From Ferroglobus placidus DSM 10642 (lineage in GTDB: Archaea > Halobacteriota > Archaeoglobi > Archaeoglobales > Archaeoglobaceae): 32,000 nt of DNA. Of the stretch, positions 7,721 through 15,918 are shown in pieces; the stretch's first letter is position 1, and each line of letters opens with the position of its first letter. The notes under the pieces were generated by a model that saw only the letters and a list, made by a program, of their open reading frames with translations, was not told the origin of the DNA and did not search any database. The translations under genes were made by a program, and so were the position numbers. The stretch covers positions 1,980,001 to 2,012,000 of the forward strand of contig NC_013849.1 in the NCBI RefSeq assembly GCF_000025505.1, written 5' to 3'.

Positions 7721-9234
7721 TGACGTACGAAATCTCTTGGGCAGTTCTTGTAATTTACATTTTAGCTATGCTTTATATCGGTTACTGGAGCTGGAAAAAG
7801 ACAAAAACCCTTGAAGACTATTACATAGCCGGGAGACAGCTCGGTCCGTGGATCATAGCATTTTCCTTCTTTGGAACGTATTTCAGCACAGCTGCTTTTC
7901 TGGGTGGAGGTGGATCCGGATTTCTGTTCGGTTTCCAGTGGTCCGCCTACTTAGCTTTCTTCCACATACTATTCGCAATACTCGCTTGGTGGCTGATAGC
8001 TCCAAGAATGAGAATTTTCTCAGAAAAGCTGAAATCCTTGACTATTCCCGATTTCTTCGAGTTTAGATACAACAGCAAACTTGCAAGATTGGTCGCATCG
8101 GTTATTATCATAATCTTCTTCGAGTTCTACATGATTTCGATTTACAAAGGTGCCGGGAACCTCTTTCAGGAAATGCTTGGCGTTTCGTATTTGGCAGGTA
8201 TCTTAATTACAGTAATCCCCGTGATAATATATACGGCAATGGGTGGATTCAGATCGGTAGCCATAACTGATCTCATTCAAGGTTGCATAATGCTCTTTGG
8301 TGCAATTTTGCTTTTCCTTCTCGTGATGTCTTACGTTGGAGGATGGAGCGAGGGAATTGCAAGACTTGAAGAAATGAAGCTCCTTGGAAAAGTTCCCGGA
8401 ACTGCCCTCACGACTCTCGGAGGTTTCGGACCTCCTCCAATCCTCAAAGCAGGTATGATGGTGCCTTTCATCCTCAGCTTAACTTTTGCTATAAGCATCG
8501 CTCAGCTCTCAAGCCCGCAGCTAATAATAAGGTTCTATGCAGCGAAGGATGAGAGAGTTATAACCAGAGGAATGATAATCGGACCAGTTATCATCGGTAT
8601 TTTTGCCTTAACTGTTTTTAGCGTCGGTCCATTTGCTTGGCTGGTAATTCCAGAACTCGTTCCAGAAGATCAGCTGATGACCTATCTGAAAGATCCAGAC
8701 TTAGTCGTACCGTTCCTTGTTGTAAATCTTTTCCCGCCGGTAGTCGATGCGATAATACTCACAGCCATAGTGGCTGCTGCGATGTCCACGATAAACTCTT
8801 TGCTGCTTGTCTTGGCAACTTCCCTTGGTAGAGATATTCTGCAAGTCGTTAAACCCGATTTAAGGGAGAGTACAGTTGTTTCTATAACAAGAGTGATGAC
8901 CTTCGTTTTTGCATTTATCCCGTTGCTCTTAGCAATAAACCCACCAGGAATAATAGTCACAATTGTAGGAGTGAGTTTCTCAGTCATAACAGCCGCTTTT
9001 CTTGCTCCATTAGTGCTTGGGTTATATTGGAAGGGTGGAACCGGCACTGCTGCTTGGGTTTCGATGGTCGTCGCTACGATAGTATGTGTTCTCTGGTACA
9101 TATACTATTACAGGGTTTACTGGATCTATCCAGTTGTTCCAGGGTTGCTCGTAAGCGTGCCCCTCTTCATAATTCTGAGCTTGGTAACAAAGAAACCTCC
9201 GCAAGAGGTAATTGAATTGCTCGACAAAAAATAA
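7720..9234 (+). CDS. sodium:solute symporter family (SSS; PutP/PanF/ActP-like) transporter
   Basis: About 504 aa with about 13 TM segments. The N-terminus is SSS-like: DYYIAGRQLGPWIIAFSFFGTYFSTAAFLGGGG. SD GGAGAGGTGA lies upstream of ATG 7720. Confidence 0.8.
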   Translation: MTYEISWAVLVIYILAMLYIGYWSWKKTKTLEDYYIAGRQLGPWIIAFSFFGTYFSTAAFLGGGGSGFLFGFQWSAYLAFFHILFAILAWWLIAPRMRIFSEKLKSLTIPDFFEFRYNSKLARLVASVIIIIFFEFYMISIYKGAGNLFQEMLGVSYLAGILITVIPVIIYTAMGGFRSVAITDLIQGCIMLFGAILLFLLVMSYVGGWSEGIARLEEMKLLGKVPGTALTTLGGFGPPPILKAGMMVPFILSLTFAISIAQLSSPQLIIRFYAAKDERVITRGMIIGPVIIGIFALTVFSVGPFAWLVIPELVPEDQLMTYLKDPDLVVPFLVVNLFPPVVDAIILTAIVAAAMSTINSLLLVLATSLGRDILQVVKPDLRESTVVSITRVMTFVFAFIPLLLAINPPGIIVTIVGVSFSVITAAFLAPLVLGLYWKGGTGTAAWVSMVVATIVCVLWYIYYYRVYWIYPVVPGLLVSVPLFIILSLVTKKPPQEVIELLDKK

Positions 9235-9243
9235 AATAATTAA

Positions 9244-10158
9244 TTATAATTTTTTATTTCTTTTTATAACTTCCACAAGCTTTGGAATAACTTCCTCCCA
9301 CCTGCTTACAATTCCGTAGTCTGCATATTCAAAAATTGGAGCGTTTTCATCTTTGTTTATTGCAAGTATTCTCTTTGCATGCATAACACCGATCATATGC
9401 TGAATTTGACCGGAAATTCCTACAGCTATGTAAAGTTCTGGCTTTATTTTCTTTCCAGAAAATCCTATCATTGTATCCTCTGGAAGCCACGAGTAATCGT
9501 AAGCTACCGGACGAGTACTTCCAAACTCAGCCTCGAGAATTTCTTTCAGCTCGTAAAGTCGCTCTACGTTCTCTCTTTTCCCTACACCTCTTCCGAGTCC
9601 GATGACGACTCTAGCATTTTCAAGATCCACCTCCGACTTCTCTTTTTCTATCACTTCAATAACTTTTGTGTTTTCACTTACATCAACAGAAACTTGAGAT
9701 TCTTCTGGAATTTCGTTTCCCTCCTCTATTTCGAACACTTTTGGCATTACGCTTATAACTGCCGGAAGTCTGGAAAGTCTGATAGTTGCGATAGTTTTTC
9801 CGCTGAAACACATCCTTTCAACTACAATACTTTCTCCCACATCTATTTTCGTCACATCGGTGACGCACGGATAGCCGAGTCTTTGCGCAACTCTAGGGGC
9901 TATTTCTTTTCCTCTCTTTGTAGCTCCTACAAGTATCAAATCGAAGTTTTCCATTTTTGCAACATTTTCAATCGCAGCAACTGCGTGGTCTTCAAACCTT
10001 ATATTCGAAGAAATACTGCATCTCAGAACCTTGTCAGCGAAACCCTCAAAGCTTTCGGAGGAGTATGTTAAAACAAAAGCTCTCTCCTTAAAAGGTCTTA
10101 CGCCAGAAAGGATTTCCTTTGCAACTTCATCGTTATCTGAAAAAACGAGAAGTTTCAC
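9244..10158 (-). CDS. etfA: electron transfer flavoprotein alpha subunit
   Basis: 304 aa. The C-terminal FAD-binding region reads PELYIAVGISGQIQHMIGVMHAKRILAINKDENAPIF. It overlaps etfB by 4 nt. Confidence 0.85.
   Translation of the reverse strand: MKLLVFSDNDEVAKEILSGVRPFKERAFVLTYSSESFEGFADKVLRCSISSNIRFEDHAVAAIENVAKMENFDLILVGATKRGKEIAPRVAQRLGYPCVTDVTKIDVGESIVVERMCFSGKTIATIRLSRLPAVISVMPKVFEIEEGNEIPEESQVSVDVSENTKVIEVIEKEKSEVDLENARVVIGLGRGVGKRENVERLYELKEILEAEFGSTRPVAYDYSWLPEDTMIGFSGKKIKPELYIAVGISGQIQHMIGVMHAKRILAINKDENAPIFEYADYGIVSRWEEVIPKLVEVIKRNKKL
9249..9264 (+). terminator. oligo-T tract, candidate archaeal terminator for the symporter unit
   Basis: TTTTTTATTTCTTTTT lies 15 nt after the symporter stop, inside the 3' end of convergent etfA. 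Confidence 0.3.
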
Positions 10159-10913
10159 AGAATTCCCTCCTTTATAAGCTCAGAAACTATTTCATTGACA
10201 GCTTTATCCACATCTTCCTTGTAAATCTTTTTCTTCCTATCGATACGCGGAGCTTTGTTTCTCAGAACCTCAATGTTGCTTCCAACGCTAATACCGAGTT
10301 CCGAAGTTTCAAATCTTTCAACGGGTTTCTTAGCAGCTTTTAATATTTGAGACAAAGAAGGTAACCTCGGTTCATTGATTTCGTTTGTGACAGTGAGAAC
10401 AGCGGGCATACTAGCCTCAACCCTCTCAAACCACTCCTCCAAATCCCTCAATACAACGATTTTTCTCGATTCTACATCAATTTTCTCGATTCTTCTTACG
10501 AAAGTCAAAATAGGAAGTTTCAAAATTTCCGCAACCCTCGGACCGACTTGGGCAGTGTGAGTGTCTATGGAAGCTTCTCCGAAAAACAATAAGTCAAAAT
10601 CTTCGATGTTCCTGACGATCTCAGCTATTGTTAAAGCCGTGCTCTCAGTATCAATTAATTCACGAACAGCAATAACTTTTGCTTCGTCTCCACCAATAGC
10701 AAGCGCTTCTTTTACAACACTACTGACATAATCTCCGACAACAATCACCGTAATTTTCCCGCCAAATTTTTCTTTTATTCTCACAGCTTCTTCTAAAGCG
10801 TTTTTACTCAAATCATCAAGCTTTGTTGGAAAGGTAATCGGCTCGAGGGTTTGAGGGTCTATTTTCACCTGATCAACGTCGACAGCCTGCTTTGCGCAGA
10901 CAACTACATGCAT
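10155..10913 (-). CDS. etfB: electron transfer flavoprotein beta subunit
   Basis: 252 aa. Motifs: MHVVVCAKQAVD..., DLLFFGEASIDTHTAQVGPRVAEILKLP, and the ETF-beta recognition loop region. Confidence 0.85.
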   Translation of the reverse strand: MHVVVCAKQAVDVDQVKIDPQTLEPITFPTKLDDLSKNALEEAVRIKEKFGGKITVIVVGDYVSSVVKEALAIGGDEAKVIAVRELIDTESTALTIAEIVRNIEDFDLLFFGEASIDTHTAQVGPRVAEILKLPILTFVRRIEKIDVESRKIVVLRDLEEWFERVEASMPAVLTVTNEINEPRLPSLSQILKAAKKPVERFETSELGISVGSNIEVLRNKAPRIDRKKKIYKEDVDKAVNEIVSELIKEGIL

Positions 10914-11002
10914 CCGATCACCATTAATTGTTTACCGATAGTTTTAAATATAATTTTCGGTTTAATTCCATTATCATTAAGGAAAAATCTGGAGGTGAAA
11001 AG
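10914..11002. promoter_or_regulatory. 89-bp divergent intergenic region with a quasi-palindromic TATA (TTTTAAATATAA, 10942-10953) and an ATTAATTGT box (10923-10931)
   Basis: The single AT-rich box is spaced to serve both etfB (ATG 10913, near-leaderless) and the FadH-like gene (SD 10991-10998, TTG 11003). ATTAATTGT is the core of the 18-mer found at P1 and P4. Confidence 0.4.
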
Positions 11003-12943
11003 TTGCTGAAACACCTTTTTGAGCCGATTAAAATCGGGAAATTCAAAATTAAAAACCGGGTAAAGTACGCAGCCTGTTCGGTTTCGAACTTCAACAATCC
11101 AGATGGAACAGTTTCTGAAAGAGAGCTTGCGAGAATGAGAGTTGTTGCAAAAACCGGATGCGGGATAATAACAAACCAAGGTGCTTACCCAGACAGAGAA
11201 GGGTATGGAAAAGGATATGCAAGACAGCTAGCTATATATGACGATAAATTCATACCCGGGCTGAGGAAGATAGCGGAGATAATTCACAACGAGGGGGCTA
11301 TAGCGATACAGCAGATTTTGCATGCTGGAAGGTACGGTGGCTACGACACGGGCATAGCGTTGCAACCATCTCCGGTTCCTCAGAAACTGAGACACTACAG
11401 ACCAGTAAGGGAAATGACGAAAGAGGAGATAAGGAAGGTAATAGTCGATCATGCAGAGGCTGCCAGAAGAGCAATAGAGGCGGGATTTGACGGAGTGGAA
11501 ATTACGGCATTTATGGGTTACTTGTTGGCAAACTTCCTTTCCCCCTTCACAAACAAGAGGACTGACGAGTACGGAGGTGATGTGGAAAAAAGATGCAGAT
11601 TCATGGTTGAGACGATCGAAGCTATAAGAGGGAAGATAGGAGACGACAAACTGATCTCCATAAGATTGAACGGGGCTGAACTTCTTGACGAGGTTGGAGG
11701 TAGCACTGAAGAGGAGTGCTTGGAGTACATGAAAATTGCAGAAGAGGCAGGGGTGGATATAATAAGCATAGTCGTGGGATGGCACGAGTCTTCGAAAGGA
11801 GCGTTAGGAAGAGATTTGCCAACTACTCAGTGGCTTTACTTAGCTGAAAGAGCTAAGAAACATCTCAAAGTTCCGATAGCTTTTGGACCTCGTTTTGGAG
11901 ACCCAAGACTTGCTGATAAGGCTATAGCAGACGGGATAATCGACCTGTGGGAGATCTGCCGTCCAGCATTAGCTGATCCGGAAATTTTACACAAAGCCAA
12001 GGAAGGTAGATTCGATGAAATTAAGCCTTGTTTGGGAGGTCTAATGTGCCTATCCACGATGTTCCACGACTTACCGTACATCTGCACGGTTAATCCAAGA
12101 ATCGGTCATGAAATAGAGCCAGAATACGAGATCAAACCAGCTGTTAGGAGAAAAAAGGTTGTAATAGTTGGAGGAGGACCGGCAGGTTTGGAATGTGCGG
12201 TTACGGCAGCTAAAAGAGGGCATGAGGTAATACTCTACGAAAAGGAGGACAAGCTTGGAGGACAGTTGATTCCAGCTTCAAAAGAAATAGGAGGAGGTTA
12301 CGTTTTTCTCGATCTGATAAGGTATTATGAAGTTCAGCTGAAAAAGCACGGGGTGAAGGTTTACACTGGAGTTGAGGTTACCCCAGAAATAATAATGAAA
12401 GAAAAACCCGATGTGCTCGTTTTAGCTACTGGGGCAACGATAACAAAAGATTACAACGAAGTAAATGGAGTTAAGATTTACACGGCTATAGAATTACTAA
12501 AAGATGAAAGAATTGCAGAAGAAATTGGTGATAATGTCGTTGTCGTTTCTGGAGAAAGGGCGGGTTTAGTTGCAGCAGAATACCTCGCGAAAAAAGGGAA
12601 AAAAGTGACGATAGTTGAAGAGGGTAAGAAAATAGCAAAAGACGTAATCCCAACGTTCAAGTGGAGGCACAAGTTATGGGTTAGCGAGCTTGGGATAAAT
12701 GTAATCACCGAAGGAAAGATTGGAGAGATAAAAAAGAACAAATGCGTAGTTAAAACGAAAAACGGTGATGTAGAAGTCCCAGCTGATGCAATAGTTTTAG
12801 GAGGTCCGAGAAAACCTATCAACGGTCTCTGGAGCAGTATAGAATTTTTGGCAGATGAAAAATACATAATAGGAGATGCGGTTTTGCCGAGATCGATTGC
12901 TTACGCAATACACGAGGGTTACAAGCTCGGAGCGAGGATTTAA
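11003..12943 (+). CDS. 2,4-dienoyl-CoA reductase / enoate reductase-like flavoprotein (OYE-type TIM barrel plus Fe-S linker plus FAD/NAD(P) domain)
   Basis: Motifs: LFEPIKIGKFKIKNRV, QILHAGRYG, the C-terminal dinucleotide fold VVIVGGGPAGLECA, and a second Rossmann region. I start at TTG 11003, 5 nt after GGAGGTGA. The track start at 10928 lies in promoter DNA. Confidence 0.8.
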   Translation: MLKHLFEPIKIGKFKIKNRVKYAACSVSNFNNPDGTVSERELARMRVVAKTGCGIITNQGAYPDREGYGKGYARQLAIYDDKFIPGLRKIAEIIHNEGAIAIQQILHAGRYGGYDTGIALQPSPVPQKLRHYRPVREMTKEEIRKVIVDHAEAARRAIEAGFDGVEITAFMGYLLANFLSPFTNKRTDEYGGDVEKRCRFMVETIEAIRGKIGDDKLISIRLNGAELLDEVGGSTEEECLEYMKIAEEAGVDIISIVVGWHESSKGALGRDLPTTQWLYLAERAKKHLKVPIAFGPRFGDPRLADKAIADGIIDLWEICRPALADPEILHKAKEGRFDEIKPCLGGLMCLSTMFHDLPYICTVNPRIGHEIEPEYEIKPAVRRKKVVIVGGGPAGLECAVTAAKRGHEVILYEKEDKLGGQLIPASKEIGGGYVFLDLIRYYEVQLKKHGVKVYTGVEVTPEIIMKEKPDVLVLATGATITKDYNEVNGVKIYTAIELLKDERIAEEIGDNVVVVSGERAGLVAAEYLAKKGKKVTIVEEGKKIAKDVIPTFKWRHKLWVSELGINVITEGKIGEIKKNKCVVKTKNGDVEVPADAIVLGGPRKPINGLWSSIEFLADEKYIIGDAVLPRSIAYAIHEGYKLGARI

Positions 12944-13340
12944 TGGTAGTGTCACTATAATGTTGATAAATTATAGTAATGAATCCACAGTTTGATTGAA
13001 TTTCGAGCATTTCCAAAGATCTTGAAAATCTGATTGATTTTCTTGCGAATCTCGGATTGTCGTTTCGTAAAGTTAAGAATAATCTTTCAACGTGGTTTGT
13101 TCCTCCTTTTCTTATGATCCTCTGTTTGTAAGGGATCAAATTATAAGCGTCCCAGCGATCCGTGTAAAAGATAGCTTTCTGCTTGATCTCACCACCAATA
13201 CCGTCCCACAACCTTTTGAAAGTACCTACAGAACGATCTCCTACGGCATAACTTATTATTTTTCGGGAATTTCTCTCTAAAGCAATCCAAATCCAGACTT
13301 CTTTTTCCTTTTTCCTAACGAAACTCCAAGCTTCATCCAA
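12819..13340 (-). CDS. insB: IS1-family transposase catalytic part (InsB-like)
   Basis: DEAWSFVRKKEKEVWIWIALERNSRKIISYAVGDR...FYTDRWDAYNLIP...TNHVERLFLTLRNDNPRFARKSIRFSRS matches the IS1 InsB pattern. The frame is open upstream to 13412. It has no stop inside the element and runs about 40 codons into DNA antisense to the FadH-like 3' end. Confidence 0.75.
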   Translation of the reverse strand: MDEAWSFVRKKEKEVWIWIALERNSRKIISYAVGDRSVGTFKRLWDGIGGEIKQKAIFYTDRWDAYNLIPYKQRIIRKGGTNHVERLFLTLRNDNPRFARKSIRFSRSLEMLEIQSNCGFITIIYQHYSDTTIKSSLRACNPRVLRKQSISAKPHLLLCIFHLPKILYCSRDR

Positions 13341-13750
13341 TTCAACAACAGGATTATCGTGACCGATTTCATTTCTCAGGTCTTTTTTTAGAAAATTCTC
13401 TAACCCAAGCCGTTACAGTGTTAGGAGAAAGCTTGAAAATCCTGCTCGCTTGTCTTACTCCCACTCCCTCCCTTACCACAGCCTTCACAACCATCTCCTT
13501 GAATTCTTCCGGATAATTCCTCGGCTTTATCGGATTTAAAACAAAAGTTCTTCCGCAGTTCTTGCATTTGTATCTCTGCCTCCTTTCTCCGGATTTTGTG
13601 TGATAACAGCCCATTTTCACAGTTTTTATCGATTTGCAATGCGGACACATCATCACCGATTTATCCAACTAATTGAATATAAACATTACTGAGGCATTAT
13701 CAATTTAATTTTTTCTAAACTTATTTTTTGTCATGATAGTGAAAATTTGG
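12944..13750 (-). mobile_element. IS1-family insertion sequence (boundaries approximate)
   Basis: It contains InsA-like and InsB-like ORFs. An imperfect terminal inverted repeat has the core TCACTATAATG (12952-12962) paired with CATGATAGTGA (13732-13742), about 16/22 over the extended arms. The left end GGTAGTG resembles the classical IS1 GGTGATG terminus. I found no target-site duplication. Confidence 0.6.
13369..13668 (-). CDS. insA: IS1-family transposase N-terminal part (InsA-like; Zn finger plus HTH)
   Basis: CPHC...CKNC zinc finger, then the HTH region GVGVRQASRIFKLSPNTVTAWV. It ends 44 nt inside the InsB frame, and the overlap contains an A7 run. Confidence 0.75.
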   Translation of the reverse strand: MDKSVMMCPHCKSIKTVKMGCYHTKSGERRQRYKCKNCGRTFVLNPIKPRNYPEEFKEMVVKAVVREGVGVRQASRIFKLSPNTVTAWVREFSKKRPEK

Positions 13751-14953
13751 GAAAATCATCCCTGGTTGATAGATACTGATAAGTTTAAAAGATTTAATCA
13801 GAAGTATACTATGTTCAGTAGAACTGGCTGGGATAAGAAAGTAAAAGAAATGGCAAGAAAAAGCGTTGAGAGTGTCGTGAGAAACATAAAATATGGAAAA
13901 CGCTCATCTCTTCTTGATTACGCTTTTATGTCTGCTGGTTGGTGGGTTGCGATAAAAGGTGCTCCTTTTCAGATGGATTACGGAGATGGCGGACTGATAA
14001 GTTGGAAGAGTGACATTTCACCGATATTTTCGATAGCTTCTCCTTTCTGGAACGAAAAATTAAGTGAATTCAGGAAAAAGTTTAGAGAAGATGCTGAGAA
14101 AAATCCGGAAAAACTCACCAGAGTTGTAAAGAAAGTTGCAAAGTATTTCGGAGCAGATCTTGTCGGTGTAGCCGAATTTGACGAAAGGTGGGTGTATTCG
14201 GCAAGAGTGCTTAATCCGAGATATCATATCGGGAAGGAATTTATTGAAGAGTCTCTGGAACTGCCAGAAGTTAGGTACTGCATAGTGCTCGCTATCAAAG
14301 AGGATTATGAAATGCAATCTACAGCCGACGGTGGAGTTTCAATGGGAGACATAGCCTTTGGATATTCAAAAATGGCTATTGTAGCCGGAAGTCTTGCCGA
14401 ATTTCTCAGAGCGTTAGGTTTTACAGCTATCCCAAGCGGTAACGACCTGGCGTTAAGCATCCCATACGCTATTTCCGCCGGACTTGGAGAATATAGTAGA
14501 ATGGGCTTACTTATAACTAAAAAGTTCGGTCCTCGAGTTAGACTCGCTAAGGTTTTCACTGACACCCCCCTCAAAGCTGATAAACCCGTAAGATTTGGTG
14601 TTTACGAATTTTGCTTGAAGTGTAAAAAATGTGCTGAGAAATGCCCGGCTAAGGCGATTCCCTTCGAAGATCCGAGTTGGAAAAGAAAAACTATAAGCAA
14701 CATTGAAGGAATTTACAAGTGGCATGTGGATGTTGAAAAATGCTTCGAATACTGGTGTAAGTCTGGAAATCTGGGATGTGGAGTTTGCGTAAGGGTTTGT
14801 CCATACAACAAACCCTCAGGAAGAACTTATTTTATCCACGCATTTTTCAGAGAATATATTGTTCCGATTGTTGGTGGTAAAGTTGCTAAAATCTTCGACG
14901 ATTTGCTTGGATACGGGAAGAGGAAATCCTCTTCCGAGTGGTGGAATTCGTGA
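13733..14953 (+). CDS. reductive dehalogenase-like (RdhA family) corrinoid/Fe-S protein, cytoplasmic type; QueG-like is the alternative
   Basis: 406 aa. Two C-terminal ferredoxin motifs are present: CLKCKKCAEKCP, and C-x6-CGVCVRVCP. The N-terminal DKFKRFNQKYTMFSR resembles the RdhA N-terminal motif. There is no twin-arginine signal. Confidence 0.55.
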   Translation: MIVKIWENHPWLIDTDKFKRFNQKYTMFSRTGWDKKVKEMARKSVESVVRNIKYGKRSSLLDYAFMSAGWWVAIKGAPFQMDYGDGGLISWKSDISPIFSIASPFWNEKLSEFRKKFREDAEKNPEKLTRVVKKVAKYFGADLVGVAEFDERWVYSARVLNPRYHIGKEFIEESLELPEVRYCIVLAIKEDYEMQSTADGGVSMGDIAFGYSKMAIVAGSLAEFLRALGFTAIPSGNDLALSIPYAISAGLGEYSRMGLLITKKFGPRVRLAKVFTDTPLKADKPVRFGVYEFCLKCKKCAEKCPAKAIPFEDPSWKRKTISNIEGIYKWHVDVEKCFEYWCKSGNLGCGVCVRVCPYNKPSGRTYFIHAFFREYIVPIVGGKVAKIFDDLLGYGKRKSSSEWWNS

Positions 14954-14961
14954 TTGTTTGG

Positions 14962-15022
14962 TATCGTTAACCGTTAAATTTATATTGGTTTTTCAGCTAA
15001 AAATTGTGATAATAAATCACAA
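14962..15022 (+). promoter_or_regulatory. promoter/operator cassette P3: TTAACCGTTAAATTTATAT (14967-14985) plus perfect 7-5-7 palindrome TTGTGAT-AATAA-ATCACAA (15004-15022)
   Basis: It matches the 19-mer at 18/19 positions and forms a perfect TTAAC-C-GTTAA inverted repeat. AATTGTGA (15002-15009) sits 17 nt after the TATA end, the same spacing as at P1 and P4. Confidence 0.7.
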
Positions 15023-15051
15023 CTTATTAGGGGTTAGGGGTGGTGGAATTT

Positions 15052-15918
15052 ATGGATATCAACGAAATTTGCGTAGTTGGGGCTGGGACAATGGGACATG
15101 GAATCGCTCAAGTAGCTGCGATGCATGGCTACGATGTCGTTATGGTGGATATAAAGCAAGAGATAATTGACAGCGCCTTTGAAAAGATAAAAGCAAGTTT
15201 AAATAAGTTGGCTGAAAAGGGAAAATTCGACGCAAATAAGATAGATGACGTTTTGGAGAGAATAAAGGGGACGACAAAGCTTGAAGATGCGAAGAATTCC
15301 GATTTCGTAATAGAGTCTGTTCCGGAAGTAATGGAAATTAAACAGGATGTTTTTAGAAAGCTCGATGAGATATGTCACAGAGAAGCTATTTTCACCTCCA
15401 ACACTTCGGCTTTAAGCATAACGGAGATGGCTTCAGTTACGAAGAGAAAGGACAAGTTTGCCGGAATGCACTGGTTCAATCCCCCGCAGATAATGAAGCT
15501 GATAGAAGTGATAAAAACGATAGATACTTCCGAAGAAACTCTCAACACCGTCGTAAACTTAGCAAAAGAGTTCGGAAAAGAAGTGGTGATTTGCAAGGAT
15601 TCCGTCGGCTTTATAGTTAGCAGAGCTCTTCAGGCTTTCGTTACCGAATGTATCCGAATTCTCGAAGAGGGCGTAGCTTCGGCAGAAGATATTGATAAAG
15701 CAATAAAGCTCGGATTGAACCATCCGATGGGTCCTTTTGAACTTCTTGACTTCACGAACGGAATCCCAGTGATATTTCATGCGGGAGAAGTTATGAGGAA
15801 GGTTTATGGAGAGAGATTCACTGTTCCTCAGACGGTCAGAATGCTCTACTATTCAGGCAGACATGGAAGGAAAAGCGGAAGAGGTTTTTACGACTACACC
15901 AAGGGTGAAAAGGAATGA
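15052..15918 (+). CDS. hbd: 3-hydroxyacyl-CoA (3-hydroxybutyryl-CoA) dehydrogenase
   Basis: ICVVGAGTMGHGIAQVAAMHGYDVVMVDI is an NAD Rossmann fold. HWFNPPQIMKLIEV and the C-terminal dimerisation domain are present. I prefer ATG 15052 (MDINE) after GGGGTGGTGG; the track GTG at 15040 is possible. Confidence 0.85.
   Translation: MDINEICVVGAGTMGHGIAQVAAMHGYDVVMVDIKQEIIDSAFEKIKASLNKLAEKGKFDANKIDDVLERIKGTTKLEDAKNSDFVIESVPEVMEIKQDVFRKLDEICHREAIFTSNTSALSITEMASVTKRKDKFAGMHWFNPPQIMKLIEVIKTIDTSEETLNTVVNLAKEFGKEVVICKDSVGFIVSRALQAFVTECIRILEEGVASAEDIDKAIKLGLNHPMGPFELLDFTNGIPVIFHAGEVMRKVYGERFTVPQTVRMLYYSGRHGRKSGRGFYDYTKGEKE

Noticed and set aside
9379-10071. 230-aa plus-strand ORF antisense to etfA. Similar long antisense ORFs occur at 11228-11785 (-), 22306-23151 (-), 27667-28332 (-) and 8682-9101 (-)
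   Set aside because: Each is fully embedded opposite a gene with clear family motifs. Their translations are low-complexity, rich in rare residues (Cys/Ser/Arg), and show no recognisable domains.
13651-13657. CATCACC, the reverse complement of the classical IS1 terminus GGTGATG, as the right end of the IS
   Set aside because: It lies inside the InsA coding start (S-V-M-M codons). The element must extend further to include the transposase promoter, so the match is coincidental.
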